Below, piece by piece: positions 50,543-62,538 of a stretch of 64,000 nt of DNA. The notes beneath the pieces are model-generated. The model saw only the letters and a program-made list of their open reading frames with translations, was not told the DNA's origin and searched no databases. Source of the stretch: an uncultured Gemmatimonadales bacterium (GTDB taxonomy: Bacteria; Gemmatimonadota; Gemmatimonadetes; Gemmatimonadales; Gemmatimonadaceae); assembly GCA_963850905.1 (NCBI GenBank), contig CAWKMU010000003.1, forward strand, positions 96,001 to 160,000, given 5' to 3'. Position 1 is the first letter of the stretch, and the number at the start of each line of letters is the position of its first letter. The translations under genes and the position numbers were made by a program.

Positions 50543-51916
50543 CTATCCGACAGTCACGACATCCACCGCTTGATATTCGAGTGGGATCTCCACAGTGAAA
50601 GTCGCCCCGTCGCCGGCCGCTGACACGAGATCGATGTCGCCGCCGAGGAGCCGCGCCAGGCGGCGCGACAGCGCCAGACCGAGACCTGTGCCGCCATAGC
50701 GGCGGGTGAGGGATCCATCCGCTTGCCGAAACTCGTCGAACACCAAGCGCTGCGAGGCGACGGGCACGCCGATGCCCGTATCCTGCACGCGATAGAGCGC
50801 ACGCCCGTGCGCCACCTCGATCGAGGCGGTGACGACCCCCGAGGCCGTGAACTTGAAGGCGTTGCTCAGGAGGTTGCCGAGGATCTTCACCAGCTTGCGA
50901 CGGTCGCTGCGCATGTACGGCACCGGATCGTCGGGTAGCTCGATGCGCAGCTCCGTGCGCTCCGGACGGCCCTTCGTCGTCGCAGCCGCCTCGCGTAGCG
51001 GGTCGCGCGGATCGAACGTCTCGACCAGTACCTCGAGCGCCTCGCGCTTGAGCGATGTCATTTCGAGCAGGTTGTCGACCAGCGCCAGGAGACGCTCGCT
51101 GGCGTCACGCGCCAGCGTGAGGTCGTTGCGCTGCCCCTCCGTCAGAGGCCCCGAAAACTCCTCCTGCAGCAGCGCAATGTAGCCCATGACTGCCGTCAGC
51201 GGCGTGCGGAGCTCGTGCGTGACGTTGGAGAGGAATTCATCCTTGATCCGCCGCGCCTCGACGACCGCGAGGTACTGCTGCTCGAGCTCCGCTTTCGACT
51301 CCGTGAGCGCGGCGTTCGCGCGCCGGAGCTCTTCGATCAACGACGCCTTTTCCGCTGTCGCCGCCATTTGCGCCGCGACGATGCGCAACAAGCCGCGACG
51401 CTCGCTGCTCAACGCCCGGACATCGGAGAAATAGAACGTCACCGCCCCGAGCACGCGGTTGGCCGTCTGCAGCGGCAACGCGATCAGCGCCCGGAACCCG
51501 AGCTCACTCGCGACCTCTTGCCAATCTTCGAGGTACGGATCCGCAAACACGTCCGGCACCTCGATCGCGCGGCGCTCGCTTGCGGCCTCCCCACTCGGCC
51601 CGAATCCCAACCGGACCCGCATCTCGCCCAACCAGGGTTCGTAGCGCTTCGGCCAGTTGTAGGCAGCCGTGAGGCGCATCAGCTCCGAAGCGCCGTCAAT
51701 GAGATACACGGACGCAAACGTCGCCCCGACCACCGGACTCACGCGCTCGAGCGCGAACCGAAAGACCTCTTCCGGCCGGTCCGCCGTCAGAAAGGCATGG
51801 ACGATCTCCCGCACCGCCATGAGCTCTCGCACGGCAGCCTCGGACGAGATCGCCGGGATGCTATCGGGCGAGGGTGAGCGGACGCGCTCGGCCGCAGCCG
51901 AGAGCGATTTAGTCAC
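50543..51916 (-). CDS. GAF-domain sensor histidine kinase
   Basis: GAF region (ALIALPL...LGAV); KDEFLSNVTHELRTPL, NLLSNAFKFT, DTGIG, GGTGLGL. Confidence 0.93.
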   Translation of the reverse strand: MTKSLSAAAERVRSPSPDSIPAISSEAAVRELMAVREIVHAFLTADRPEEVFRFALERVSPVVGATFASVYLIDGASELMRLTAAYNWPKRYEPWLGEMRVRLGFGPSGEAASERRAIEVPDVFADPYLEDWQEVASELGFRALIALPLQTANRVLGAVTFYFSDVRALSSERRGLLRIVAAQMAATAEKASLIEELRRANAALTESKAELEQQYLAVVEARRIKDEFLSNVTHELRTPLTAVMGYIALLQEEFSGPLTEGQRNDLTLARDASERLLALVDNLLEMTSLKREALEVLVETFDPRDPLREAAATTKGRPERTELRIELPDDPVPYMRSDRRKLVKILGNLLSNAFKFTASGVVTASIEVAHGRALYRVQDTGIGVPVASQRLVFDEFRQADGSLTRRYGGTGLGLALSRRLARLLGGDIDLVSAAGDGATFTVEIPLEYQAVDVVTVG

Positions 51917-51993
51917 AATCCAGGCCTGAAATGCACTAACGCCAATCTACACTGATAGTTGCGGCGGGAACAGGCGAGCTGAACGGCAGGGTG

Positions 51994-53505
51994 TCACCCC
52001 ACCAGCCGCTCCACCGCCTGCACAACCGGCCCGAACGACAACGCTCGACCACCGACTCGCGTCGCCAACTCGTCCGCCAGTTCCCGCTGCCCCTCGTTCA
52101 GCAACTGCCCGACGAGCCACGGGCCCGCGCGGGGATTACGGAACCAATCCTCGTCGAAATGCTCGGTCAAGACACTCGCGAGCAGGGCTCCGAGCTGCCA
52201 GGCACGCAGATACCTGGCGGCGTAGAATCGCGAGTCGACGTCAATGAATGCATCCGCGCGCTTGTAGCGAAAGGAGGTCGCGGCGCTCAGCGTCTCGACG
52301 TAGAGATCACTCAACGCATCCCAGTTCGTACCCGGGGCGTAGAGCTCCGCCTCGTAGATCAGTTTCGCGCAATAGCGCCTGAGGAACTGCAATTCTTCGA
52401 GCGCGGCCGCACGGAGAAAGCTCGGGAGTTGCTTCTTGCCAAGCCCCGAGTAGCGGAGCAGCCAACCGGGCGTCTGGGTCAGATGGTCGAAGAGCATGGC
52501 GTAGCTCTCCGTGACCGAGTTGTCGCCGACCCACCGGTACTCGAACGGATAGTCCGGCCTCGTGTAGGCAAAGTGGAGTGCGTGTCCCAGCTCGTGCAGC
52601 AACGTCTGGTAGTCGGTCTCCCCACCGTGAGGGCGCATGACGAGGTAGACCTCCTCGGGCACGCGCACGGGGGCGCAGAACGCGCGGGATCGCTTGCCTT
52701 CCCGTTCACCGACGTCGTAGCGGATGCGCCCGTTGGCCGTCGGGTCAATGCCCATCTCCGTGACCTGGCGGCGGACGACCGCCTCCATCTCCGGGCCGGG
52801 GAAGTACTGATCGAACTCCGGCGCTCGCAGCAGTGCGAGCGCGTCCGCTCGTGTGAGCTCGCGGACCGACACGCCCAGGGAGCGGCGCGCGGCGTCCGGC
52901 AAGAGCGCATCCCACATCGCTTTCGTGTCCGAGAGGCAGGCGCGACACTGGCGGAGCAGCGCGTCGAGATCGACGCCACTCAGCGTCGTGAAGGTCGCGT
53001 TGTAGTCATCGGCCAGCCCCAAGCCCTCGACGAAATCGCGCTCCCGCTGCAACCGGTCCCGTCGGATCGGCACCAGCTCCCGTTCGACGAGCGCCGCGCG
53101 AGCGTCGTCCAGCGCGAGTCGCTCTTTCCGATTCGTCAGGTTCGCCAGCTCGATCGGCACGCGTTGGTAGGGGATGGGCCCGCGATCGGGCACATCGACG
53201 ATTGCGCTCGCTTCCCACGCGATCTCGCGTTCCTCCAGCGGTGCCACCGCGCGCCCGGCCTGCGACTCGACTTCCCACTCCAGCAAGAGTCGCGCGGAGC
53301 GGTGCGTGTCGGAGCCGCTCGTCGCGCCGGTGAAAGCATCGCGCAACAGCTCGATGGCGTCCCTCCCCAAGACCGCCGCGTGTCGTCGATAGATCGGCTG
53401 CAGTTCGGCCGTCGGCTTGAGACCGGCGTGCGCGAGATAGAATTCGCGCGACACCTCCTCCATGAAGGCCTGTCCGCCCAGGCGGAGCCCTTCCATAGTC
53501 AACAC
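51994..53505 (-). CDS. M3-like zinc metallopeptidase
   Basis: KRSRAFC, LLHELGHALH, TESYAMLF. Confidence 0.75.
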   Translation of the reverse strand: MLTMEGLRLGGQAFMEEVSREFYLAHAGLKPTAELQPIYRRHAAVLGRDAIELLRDAFTGATSGSDTHRSARLLLEWEVESQAGRAVAPLEEREIAWEASAIVDVPDRGPIPYQRVPIELANLTNRKERLALDDARAALVERELVPIRRDRLQRERDFVEGLGLADDYNATFTTLSGVDLDALLRQCRACLSDTKAMWDALLPDAARRSLGVSVRELTRADALALLRAPEFDQYFPGPEMEAVVRRQVTEMGIDPTANGRIRYDVGEREGKRSRAFCAPVRVPEEVYLVMRPHGGETDYQTLLHELGHALHFAYTRPDYPFEYRWVGDNSVTESYAMLFDHLTQTPGWLLRYSGLGKKQLPSFLRAAALEELQFLRRYCAKLIYEAELYAPGTNWDALSDLYVETLSAATSFRYKRADAFIDVDSRFYAARYLRAWQLGALLASVLTEHFDEDWFRNPRAGPWLVGQLLNEGQRELADELATRVGGRALSFGPVVQAVERLVG

Positions 53506-53508
53506 GCC

Positions 53509-54858
53509 TTACCCGTCCACACGCTCCACGAGGTACGCCGCCAACGCGCTGGCCGCGACGCGATCCTGCGTGAGCGAGTCGCGATCGCGCACCGTCACCG
53601 ACCCATCGGCCATCGTCTGGCCGTCGACGGTCACGCAGTACGGCGTCCCGACTTCGTCCTGCCGCCGGTACCGGCGGCCGATCGAGCCCGACTCATCGTA
53701 GAACACCGGCAACCGGCGGCGAAGCTCGGCCGCGAGCTTGGTCGCGAACTCCGGCATGCCATCTTTCTTTACCAGCGGAAACACGCCGGCCTTGGTCGGC
53801 GCGAGCGAGGGATGCAGTCGGAGCACTGTCCGCCCCTCGGCTTCGCCAGGCACTTCCTCCTCGCGGTACGCGTTGATGAGCACTGCGAGCGTCACGCGAT
53901 CCGCGCCCACCGACGTCTCGATGACGTATGGCACGTAGCGACGGTTCTGCGGCTGGTCGAAATACTCCAGCTTCTTCCCCGAGTACTCCTGGTGTTGCTT
54001 GAGATCGAAGTCGCCCCGGTTGTGGATGCCTTCGACCTCCTGGAATCCCAGCGACCCACCGAAGTCGAACTCAATGTCGAACGCCGCACGCGCGTAGTGC
54101 GCCAGCTCCTCTTTGGTGTGCTGGTGGAACTGGAGTCGCTTCGGATCGAGTCCCAGGGACTCGTGCCACGCCAGGCGCTCGGCTTTCCACCGCTCGAACC
54201 ACGACATGGCGGTGTCAGGCTCCACGAAGAACTGCATCTCCATCTGCTCGAACTCCCGCGTTCGAAAGATGAAGTTGCCAGGCGTGATTTCATTGCGAAA
54301 CGCCTTGCCGATTTGCGCGATGCCGAACGGGATCTTCTGGCGAGTCGATTGCTGGACGTTCAGGAAGTTGACGTAGATCCCCTGCGCCGTCTCGGGACGG
54401 AGGTACACGACGGACGCACTCTCTTCGACCGGCCCCATGAACGTCTTGAACATGAGGTTGAACTGGCGGGGCTCCGTGAGCGCGCACGCCTCCCATTCGC
54501 CAGGTCGCTTGCTTGGCTTCTGCAGGCACCGGGCGTCGGCGAGCTTGTCGGCCCGGAAGCGCCCCTTGCACGTCTTGCAGTCGACGAGCGGGTCGGTGAA
54601 CCCCGCCACGTGTCCGCTCGCTTCCCAGACACGAGGATGCATGAGGATCGCGGCGTCGAGTCCCTCGACGTCGTCGCGCGACAGGACCATCGCGCGCCAC
54701 CAGCGATCCTTGATGTTGCGTTTCAGCTCGGCGCCCAGCGGCCCGTAATCCCACACAGAGCCGGTCCCACCGTAGATTTCCGACGATTGAAAAATGAACC
54801 CGTGTCGCTTGCACAGCGACACGAGCTTGTCCATCACGTCGGGATTGTCGGAAGGCAT
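53509..54858 (-). CDS. glyQS: Glycine--tRNA ligase (homodimeric type)
   Basis: [52 protein letters not shown]. Confidence 0.97.
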   Translation of the reverse strand: MPSDNPDVMDKLVSLCKRHGFIFQSSEIYGGTGSVWDYGPLGAELKRNIKDRWWRAMVLSRDDVEGLDAAILMHPRVWEASGHVAGFTDPLVDCKTCKGRFRADKLADARCLQKPSKRPGEWEACALTEPRQFNLMFKTFMGPVEESASVVYLRPETAQGIYVNFLNVQQSTRQKIPFGIAQIGKAFRNEITPGNFIFRTREFEQMEMQFFVEPDTAMSWFERWKAERLAWHESLGLDPKRLQFHQHTKEELAHYARAAFDIEFDFGGSLGFQEVEGIHNRGDFDLKQHQEYSGKKLEYFDQPQNRRYVPYVIETSVGADRVTLAVLINAYREEEVPGEAEGRTVLRLHPSLAPTKAGVFPLVKKDGMPEFATKLAAELRRRLPVFYDESGSIGRRYRRQDEVGTPYCVTVDGQTMADGSVTVRDRDSLTQDRVAASALAAYLVERVDG

Positions 54859-54926
54859 GGCAGAGGGGCGCGGGAGAAGTACTGTGGACCACCGGCGGGA
54901 GGACGTCCGGTTGGAGCTCCGAAACG

Positions 54927-55937
54927 TCAATGGTGTCCGGCGAGGGCGCGGCCCACCGATAGGCGGCGCGCAATCAGCGCCCCGTGCCCCCGTCCATTTT
55001 CAATGAAGACCTTGTTCGCGTCGTTGCCCTGGGCCAGCACTCCAGTGATGAACACGCGCTCGACATCGGTCTCCATCGTTGCCGGGTCGAAGGTCGGGAC
55101 ACCGGTCTCCGGCTGCATGGTCACGCCCAGCTGCTGCAGCAGCGTCGTGTCCGGCGTGAAACCCGTCATGAGGTACACCCGATCGGCCCGCAGCCGCTGG
55201 GTGCCCGTCGGGCCTTCGACCAGCACCGCATCGACCTCGATTCGCGTCGCCCGCGAGTTCCAATGGACGGCAATCGAGCCATCGGCCAGCCGATTGGTGA
55301 TGTCGGGAAGGACCCAGGGTTTGATGTTGGGATCGAGTCGGTCGCGAAAATGCACCATCGTCACCTTCGCGCCGCACCGCCACAAGTCGAGCGCCGCGTC
55401 GACCGCCGAGTTGCCGCCGCCGATGAGGACGACATCGCGTCGAAACGACTCGTGGCCCTCGGAGTAGAGATGCGAGACATGCGGGAGCGTCTCGCCGGGA
55501 ATGTGCAGCAGATTGGGATTGCCGAAATACCCTGTTGCGATGACGACCGCGTCGTACGGCGCTTCCACGGTGCCCCGCGGCGTCTCGGATCGGACGACGA
55601 AGTGCTCCCCGGCTCGCGTGATGTCGAGCACCGGTTCATACAGCCGCAACAGCAGGCCAAAGTACTGAACCGCCATTCGATAGTACGCGAGGGCTTCGCG
55701 CCGCGTCGGCTTCTCGCCCGCGGTCACGAACGGCAGGCCGCCAATCGCGATCTTTTCCGCGGTCGAAAAGAACGTCATGTAGGTGGGATAGCTCGCGAGG
55801 CTGCTGACCAGGCACGATCGGTCGTACACGAGCGGCCGGGCCCCCGCCTGCTTGAGCGCGATGGCCGTGGCGAGGCCACAAGGCCCCGCCCCGATGACCG
55901 CGACAGACGTCGTGCTCGGTGCACCTCCCCGTGCCAT
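54927..55937 (-). CDS. ypdA: YpdA family putative bacillithiol disulfide reductase
   Basis: [52 protein letters not shown]. Confidence 0.88.
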   Translation of the reverse strand: MARGGAPSTTSVAVIGAGPCGLATAIALKQAGARPLVYDRSCLVSSLASYPTYMTFFSTAEKIAIGGLPFVTAGEKPTRREALAYYRMAVQYFGLLLRLYEPVLDITRAGEHFVVRSETPRGTVEAPYDAVVIATGYFGNPNLLHIPGETLPHVSHLYSEGHESFRRDVVLIGGGNSAVDAALDLWRCGAKVTMVHFRDRLDPNIKPWVLPDITNRLADGSIAVHWNSRATRIEVDAVLVEGPTGTQRLRADRVYLMTGFTPDTTLLQQLGVTMQPETGVPTFDPATMETDVERVFITGVLAQGNDANKVFIENGRGHGALIARRLSVGRALAGHH

Positions 55938-55980
55938 GCCTATCCCCTCGCAATCCTGTGTGTGCCGTCGCGGTGCGCCA

Positions 55981-57279
<1,299 letters not shown>

Positions 57280-57312
57280 GTCGTGAAAAGTACAGTCGTA
57301 GCGAGCTAGCCG

Positions 57313-58308
57313 TCAGCCAGCCAATCCCATCCGCGCCTTCACATCGTGCATCGTCTCCCGCGCGATCCCGCGGGCGGTGGCCGCGCCGGCCGCGAGGGCG
57401 TCCTCCACGACCTCGGGTTGCGCCCGAAGCGCTTCCGCGCGTGCACGGATCGGAGCCAGTGCCCGCTCCATCCCGTCGAAGAGCACACGCTTGCAGTCGA
57501 TACAGCCCCAACCGGCGCTGCGGCACTCACGTTCCACCAGGGCCACCGTCTCGGGAGGATTGAAGCCGCGGTGCAGGTGGTAGATGTTGCACACCTCCGG
57601 CGTTCCCGGGTCCGTCCTCCGCACCCGCTTGGGGTCGGTCACCGCCGGGCGAAGCTTCTCCCACACCTGGTCGGGCGGCTCGAGCAAGCCCACGGTGTTG
57701 CCCATCGATTTGGACATCTTGGCCTGGCCGTCGAGCCCCAGGACTCGGCGAGTCGGCGTCAACAACGCCGCGGGCTCCGGGAAATAGGGCCGATCCGGCG
57801 AGAAGCGCGAGTTCCACCGACGGGCCGTTTCGCGCGACAGCTCGAGATGTTGGACCTGATCCTCGCCGACCGGGACGGTGTCAGCCCGGTACAACAGGAT
57901 GTCGGCCGCCTGGAGCACCGGGTAGTTCAGCAAGCCAGCGGCAACGCTCTCCTGCCGTTGCGCCTTGTCCTTGAACTGGGTCTGGCGTTCGAGCTCGCCA
58001 AGCGGTGTGATCGTGTTGAAAATCCAGGCTAACTCGGTATGTTCCGGGACCGCTGACTGAACAAACACCGTGGCCACAGCGGGGTCGATACCCGCGGCGA
58101 GCAGCGAGACGGCTAGCTCTCGAGTGCGAACTGGGAGCTCACGCGGATCGTATGGGATCGTGATCGCGTGGTAGTCGACGATGCAGAAGAACGACTCGTA
58201 GCGGCCTTGGATGCCGACCCAGTTCTGAACTGCACCGAGGTAATTTCCAATGTGGAGCTCGCCTGACGGCTGGATGCCGCTGAACACGCGGGTGCTGGCT
58301 CGTGTCAT
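57313..58308 (-). CDS. trpS: Tryptophan--tRNA ligase
   Basis: SGIQPSG, HIGNY, YPVLQAADIL, VPVGEDQ, KMSKS. Confidence 0.98.
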   Translation of the reverse strand: MTRASTRVFSGIQPSGELHIGNYLGAVQNWVGIQGRYESFFCIVDYHAITIPYDPRELPVRTRELAVSLLAAGIDPAVATVFVQSAVPEHTELAWIFNTITPLGELERQTQFKDKAQRQESVAAGLLNYPVLQAADILLYRADTVPVGEDQVQHLELSRETARRWNSRFSPDRPYFPEPAALLTPTRRVLGLDGQAKMSKSMGNTVGLLEPPDQVWEKLRPAVTDPKRVRRTDPGTPEVCNIYHLHRGFNPPETVALVERECRSAGWGCIDCKRVLFDGMERALAPIRARAEALRAQPEVVEDALAAGAATARGIARETMHDVKARMGLAG

Positions 58309-59258
58309 CGCGCGAAGGTAGACGAGGCCGCGGACCGTCGCAAGCGACCACTTCCCATACCGGCCGCTCGCCGGTGTCGTCGCGACGCGCTCCGAAAGAA
58401 GCGGTGACGCCGCAATCGGGCCGCAAGCCGCGCCGGAAGAACGCGCCCGACCCGACAGAGCTGCTGGCCATAGCAGTGGAAGCCGCCGCAGCCTCCGCGA
58501 GTGTCCTCAAGGCCCACGTAGGCGGCCTCGCGCAGATCAGGTGGGAAGAGAAGGCACCCGCAGACTACGTCACGACCGTCGACCGAACGTCGGAGGAGGC
58601 CCTCCGTGCCGTCATTCACGACCGGATGCCCGACGCGCGGGTCCTCGGCGAGGAGCTATCGCCCGAGTTGGCCGGTCGGCGAGGACGAAACGCGTTGGAC
58701 GGCGTCGTGTTTGTGGCCGACCCGCTCGACGGCACGACGAACTACCTCCACGGCTTCCCCGAGTACGCCGTCTCGATCGCTGCTCTCGTCGACGGGGTCC
58801 TGACCGCGGGCGCTGTGCGCCATGGGGTCACCGATGAGCTCTACACCGCGACGCTGCGCGGCGGCGCGTACCGCGATGGGCGCCGGCTCAGCGTATCCCG
58901 GATCATCGAGCCCGCCCGCGCCCTGATCGGCACCGGCTTCCCATTCTCTCATCTCGAATCGCTCGACACCTACCAGCCCCAGTTTGCCGCAGTCGCGCGC
59001 CACACGGCCGGCATGCGACGAGCCGGCTCGGCGGCGCTGGATTTGGCCAGGCTGGCCGCCGGCCAGTTCGATGGGTTCTGGGAGCTGAAGTTGGCCCCGT
59101 GGGACATCGCGGCCGGGATGCTGCTCGTGCGAGAAGCTGGCGGCGTCGTCACAGACCTCGACGGACGCGTCGCCCCCGTCGCACACACCAGCATCGTCGC
59201 CGGCAACCCCACGATCCACTCGTGGCTCCTCGACACCCTCCAATCGGCAACTCCATAG
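58302..59258 (+). CDS. Inositol monophosphatase family protein (SuhB-like)
   Basis: DYVT, LGEE, DPLDGTTNY, GSAALD, WDIAAG. Start uncertain, possibly GTG near 58405. Confidence 0.92.
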   Translation: MSSREGRRGRGPSQATTSHTGRSPVSSRRAPKEAVTPQSGRKPRRKNAPDPTELLAIAVEAAAASASVLKAHVGGLAQIRWEEKAPADYVTTVDRTSEEALRAVIHDRMPDARVLGEELSPELAGRRGRNALDGVVFVADPLDGTTNYLHGFPEYAVSIAALVDGVLTAGAVRHGVTDELYTATLRGGAYRDGRRLSVSRIIEPARALIGTGFPFSHLESLDTYQPQFAAVARHTAGMRRAGSAALDLARLAAGQFDGFWELKLAPWDIAAGMLLVREAGGVVTDLDGRVAPVAHTSIVAGNPTIHSWLLDTLQSATP

Positions 59259-59259
59259 C

Positions 59260-60778
59260 ATGCCCTTGATCGAATGCGTCCCCAATTTCTCCGAGGGCCG
59301 TCGAGCGGATGTCGTCCAGCAGATCCGCGCCGCAATCGCCGACGTCTCCGGAGTCGTTGTTCTCGATGTGTCGTCCAATGCATCGCACAATCGGACGGTC
59401 GTCACCTTCATCGCCCCGGCCGATACCGTCGCGGACGCCGCGTTTGCTGGTGTGCAGCGCGCGCATAGCCTCATCGATCTTCGAACCCACAGCGGCGAGC
59501 ATCCACGAATCGGCGCGACCGACGTCGTACCGTTCATCCCGCTGGAAGGCGCGACGATGGACGACTGCGTCGCGTTGGCCCGGACGTTGGGCGAGCGCAT
59601 CGGCCGCGAGTTGCACATTCCCGTCTACCTGTACGAGCGCGCGGCTTCGCGACCCGACCGTGAGAATCTGGCCGACGTCCGGCGCGGCGAGTTCGAGGGG
59701 CTGCGCGACGCGATCCGGACCGACCCGCAACGTGCGCCCGATTTTGGCCCCGCAGAGCTGCATCCCAGCGCGGGCGCCGTCGCAGTCGGTGCACGCCCCT
59801 TTTTGGTGGCGTACAACGTTTATCTCGGACCGTCGAGCAACCTCCCTGTCGCCAAAGACGTCGCCAAGGCGGTTCGGGGGTCTTCCGGCGGGTTGCGCTA
59901 CGTCAAGGCACTCGGACTCGATGTCGACGGACAAGCACAAGTGTCCATGAATCTGGTCGACATCGATCGGACACCGCTCCACCGCGCGTACGAGGCGGTG
60001 CGTAGTGAAGCGGCCGCTCACGGCGCCTCGCCAACCTGGAGCGAGGTCGTCGGCCTCGTGCCAGAGCGCGCGCTGCTCGACGCCGGCATTCGGCATGTAC
60101 AGCTGCGAGGGTTCACGCCTGACCAGCTGCTCGAGCGCAAGATTCGCTCGGTCACGACGCCGGGCCCGACGCTGGCGTCGTTCCGCGACGCGGTGGCCGC
60201 CGGGACGCCCACCCCTGGGGGCGGCAGCGTCGTCGCGTTCGTCGGAGCCCTTTCGGCAGCACTCGCGCAGATGGTCGCTGGTCTCACCGCCGGCCGCCCG
60301 AAGTACGCCACGGCCGACGCGACGATGCGAGCCGTCGGGCGCGAGGCCAGCACGCTCGGCGCACTCCTCTCAGAGTTGGTCGACCGCGACGCCGAGGCGT
60401 ATGGCGCCGTCGTCGCCGCCTACAAGCTTCCCAAGGAGCCCGATGCCGCGGCCGCGGCCCGACGCGCCGCCATAGCCGACGCGACGATCGGGGCAACGCT
60501 GGTCCCGCTCGACACGGCGCGCGCATGTGCCCGAGTTGCCGAGTTGGCCGCGGTGGTCGCTAGCCAAGGGAACCCCAATGCCGTCTCCGACGCTGGCGTC
60601 GCTGCGCTCCTTGCCGAAGCCGCCACCAGGGGAGCCGCCTACAACGTCCGCATCAACGTCGCTGCGCTCGAGGATCCCACGCGCGGCGCCCCGCTGGCAG
60701 CCGAAGCAGAATGCGCTGGTGCTCGCCGTGCGACAAACGGCAGCGAGGGCGACGGCGGAGGTGGAGAAGAGGCTATAA
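59260..60778 (+). CDS. ftcD: Glutamate formiminotransferase-cyclodeaminase (frameshift near 60710)
   Basis: ECVPNFSEGR, HNRTV, HPRIGATDV, TPGGGS, NAVSDAGV, NVRIN. The natural end is probably ...EVEKRL* at 60778, in another frame. Confidence 0.92.
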
Positions 60779-60781
60779 CGA

Positions 60782-60954
60782 CGGGGACCGGGGGTCAGGG
60801 GTCAGGGAACAAATCGAAAGGCCGATCACGGCGCGCCGCGACCGGCCTTGGACCGGTAGGGGCGACGCATTGCGTCGCCCGTCGTTGTCTTCTCCTTTTT
60901 TCGTTGTCGTTACGGTTACCGTTCCCAGACCCCAAACCCCAGACCCCAGACCCG
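60782..60954 (+). repeat. Composite REP-containing element, copy 3 (most complete)
   Basis: (ggggtca)2 gggaac ... hairpin ... REP (60856-60880) ... gttccc (agacccc)4. Confidence 0.9.
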
Positions 60955-60966
60955 CCGTTCCGCCCC

Positions 60967-61719
60967 CTACGCCGCCGTCAGTATCCTCGGCCCATCGTCT
61001 GTAATCGCCACCGTATGCTCAAAGTGCGCCGACCGCTTGCCGTCGGCCGTCACGACGGTCCACTTGTCCGGCATCGTGCGCGTCAGTGCCACGCCGAGAT
61101 TGACCATCGGCTCGATCGCGATCGTGAGGCCCGGCACCAGCTTCGTCCCGCGTTTGGGCTTGCCCTCATTGGGGACCTGCGGCTCTTCGTGAGGCTCGAG
61201 ACCGACTCCGTGCCCGACGAGGTCCTTCGCCAACGAGAAACTCGCGCAATGCACGACGGCCGAAATGGCGGCGCCAATGTCTCCCGAGTGATTGCCGGGT
61301 AACGCCGCGGCAATGCCGGCAGCGAGCGCCTCCTGCGTCACGGCGAGCAACCGCTCCGACTCAGCTTGAATCGTACCCACTCCGACGGTGATCGCCGCGT
61401 CGGTGTAGTAGCCCTCGTACTTCACGCCGACGTCGATCGAGAGGATGTCGCCCTCGCGAAGCACCCGGGTCGGCGACGGGATGCCGTGCACGATTTCCTG
61501 GTTGATCGACAGGCAAGTGCTCCCGGGAAAACCATAGAGGCCTTTGAACGCGGGCACCGCCCCCTTGTGGCTCCGAATGAATTCGTCAGCGACTCGATCG
61601 AGTTCGCCAGTCGCCACGCCCGCCACCGTGCGCGACGCGAGCAGGCGGAGCGTCTTCCCGAGGATCCGGCCTCCCTTGGCCATGATCTCGATTTCCCGTG
61701 AAGACTTGAGCTGAATCAT
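60967..61719 (-). CDS. map: Methionine aminopeptidase type I
   Basis: MIQLKS, VHGIP, SIDVG, DAAIT, GHGVG...HEEP, AIEPM, SAHFEHT. Alternative start at GTG 61752. Confidence 0.97.
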   Translation of the reverse strand: MIQLKSSREIEIMAKGGRILGKTLRLLASRTVAGVATGELDRVADEFIRSHKGAVPAFKGLYGFPGSTCLSINQEIVHGIPSPTRVLREGDILSIDVGVKYEGYYTDAAITVGVGTIQAESERLLAVTQEALAAGIAAALPGNHSGDIGAAISAVVHCASFSLAKDLVGHGVGLEPHEEPQVPNEGKPKRGTKLVPGLTIAIEPMVNLGVALTRTMPDKWTVVTADGKRSAHFEHTVAITDDGPRILTAA

Positions 61720-61813
61720 GCGATCATCGTCGCGTAGTCGATAACCAGACACGGTGGAGAAAGTTAATAGTGCCCTAGCCCTTACCGCAGGCACCGAGCC
61801 TCGGCCGCGGCGG

Positions 61814-61837
61814 GTAGGGGCGACGCATGCGTCGCCC
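61814..61837 (+). repeat. GTAG-type REP palindrome
   Basis: gtaggggcgacgcatgcgtcgccc, next to the adk stop. Confidence 0.9.
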
Positions 61838-61838
61838 G

Positions 61839-62537
61839 TTACGCCCGAACGCCCGCCCCGTCCAGCCCCGCGGTCACCCGTGCCGCCACCTGGTCGGGCG
61901 TCCCGACCGCGTTCACCCGCACGACCTGCGCGCCGTGCGATTGGTACCAGCTCAGGACCGGCGCGGTCTGCGTCTGGTACACACGCAACCGGTTGCGGAC
62001 GGCGTCTGGCTCATCATCACGACGACGCACCAGCGTGCCGCCGCACTTCTCACATCGCGTCCCCGGCTCGAGACCCGTGTAGGGCGTCTGGCACCGATCG
62101 CAGACCGTCCGGCCGCTGATTCGCCGTACGAGCTCGTCGTCGCTGATCTCGAAGAGGATCACGCCCGTGAGGGGCCGCCCCAGCTCGCCAAGTAGGCGGT
62201 CGAGGCCCTCGGCCTGCGGCACCGTTCGCACGACGCCGTCGAGGATGGCTCCCCGCGAGGCCGCGGCGGAGCGCAGGGTGTCCTTCATGATGCCGAGGAT
62301 AACCGCGTCGGGCACGAGCGCGCCGCGGTCCATGTAGGCCTTGGCCTCGAGTCCGAGCGGCGTGCCCTCGCTGACGGCAGCCCGCAAGATGTCGCCCGTG
62401 CTGATCTTGGGGATCCGCAGACATTCGGCTAGGCGCTCGCCTTGCGTTCCCTTGCCCGCACCAGGCGGGCCGAGCAGCACGAGGATCGTGTCGCCCGCGG
62501 CTCCGGAGAGGCCATGGCCACCGCGGGCGGGATCCAC
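61839..62537 (-). CDS. adk: Adenylate kinase (Zn-binding LID)
   Basis: GPPGAGKGTQ, STGDILR, CDRC...CEKC, RRDD. Confidence 0.97.
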   Translation of the reverse strand: MDPARGGHGLSGAAGDTILVLLGPPGAGKGTQGERLAECLRIPKISTGDILRAAVSEGTPLGLEAKAYMDRGALVPDAVILGIMKDTLRSAAASRGAILDGVVRTVPQAEGLDRLLGELGRPLTGVILFEISDDELVRRISGRTVCDRCQTPYTGLEPGTRCEKCGGTLVRRRDDEPDAVRNRLRVYQTQTAPVLSWYQSHGAQVVRVNAVGTPDQVAARVTAGLDGAGVRA

Positions 62538-62538
62538 G

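Noticed and set aside
51991..55467. 1158-aa ORF on the + strand
   Set aside because: Antisense shadow of the M3 peptidase, glyQS and ypdA genes. It has no motifs, and such ORFs are expected in high-GC DNA.
60778..61302. C-terminal extension of FtcD to 680 aa
   Set aside because: Produced by a frameshift near 60710. It reads through the repeat element and antisense into map.
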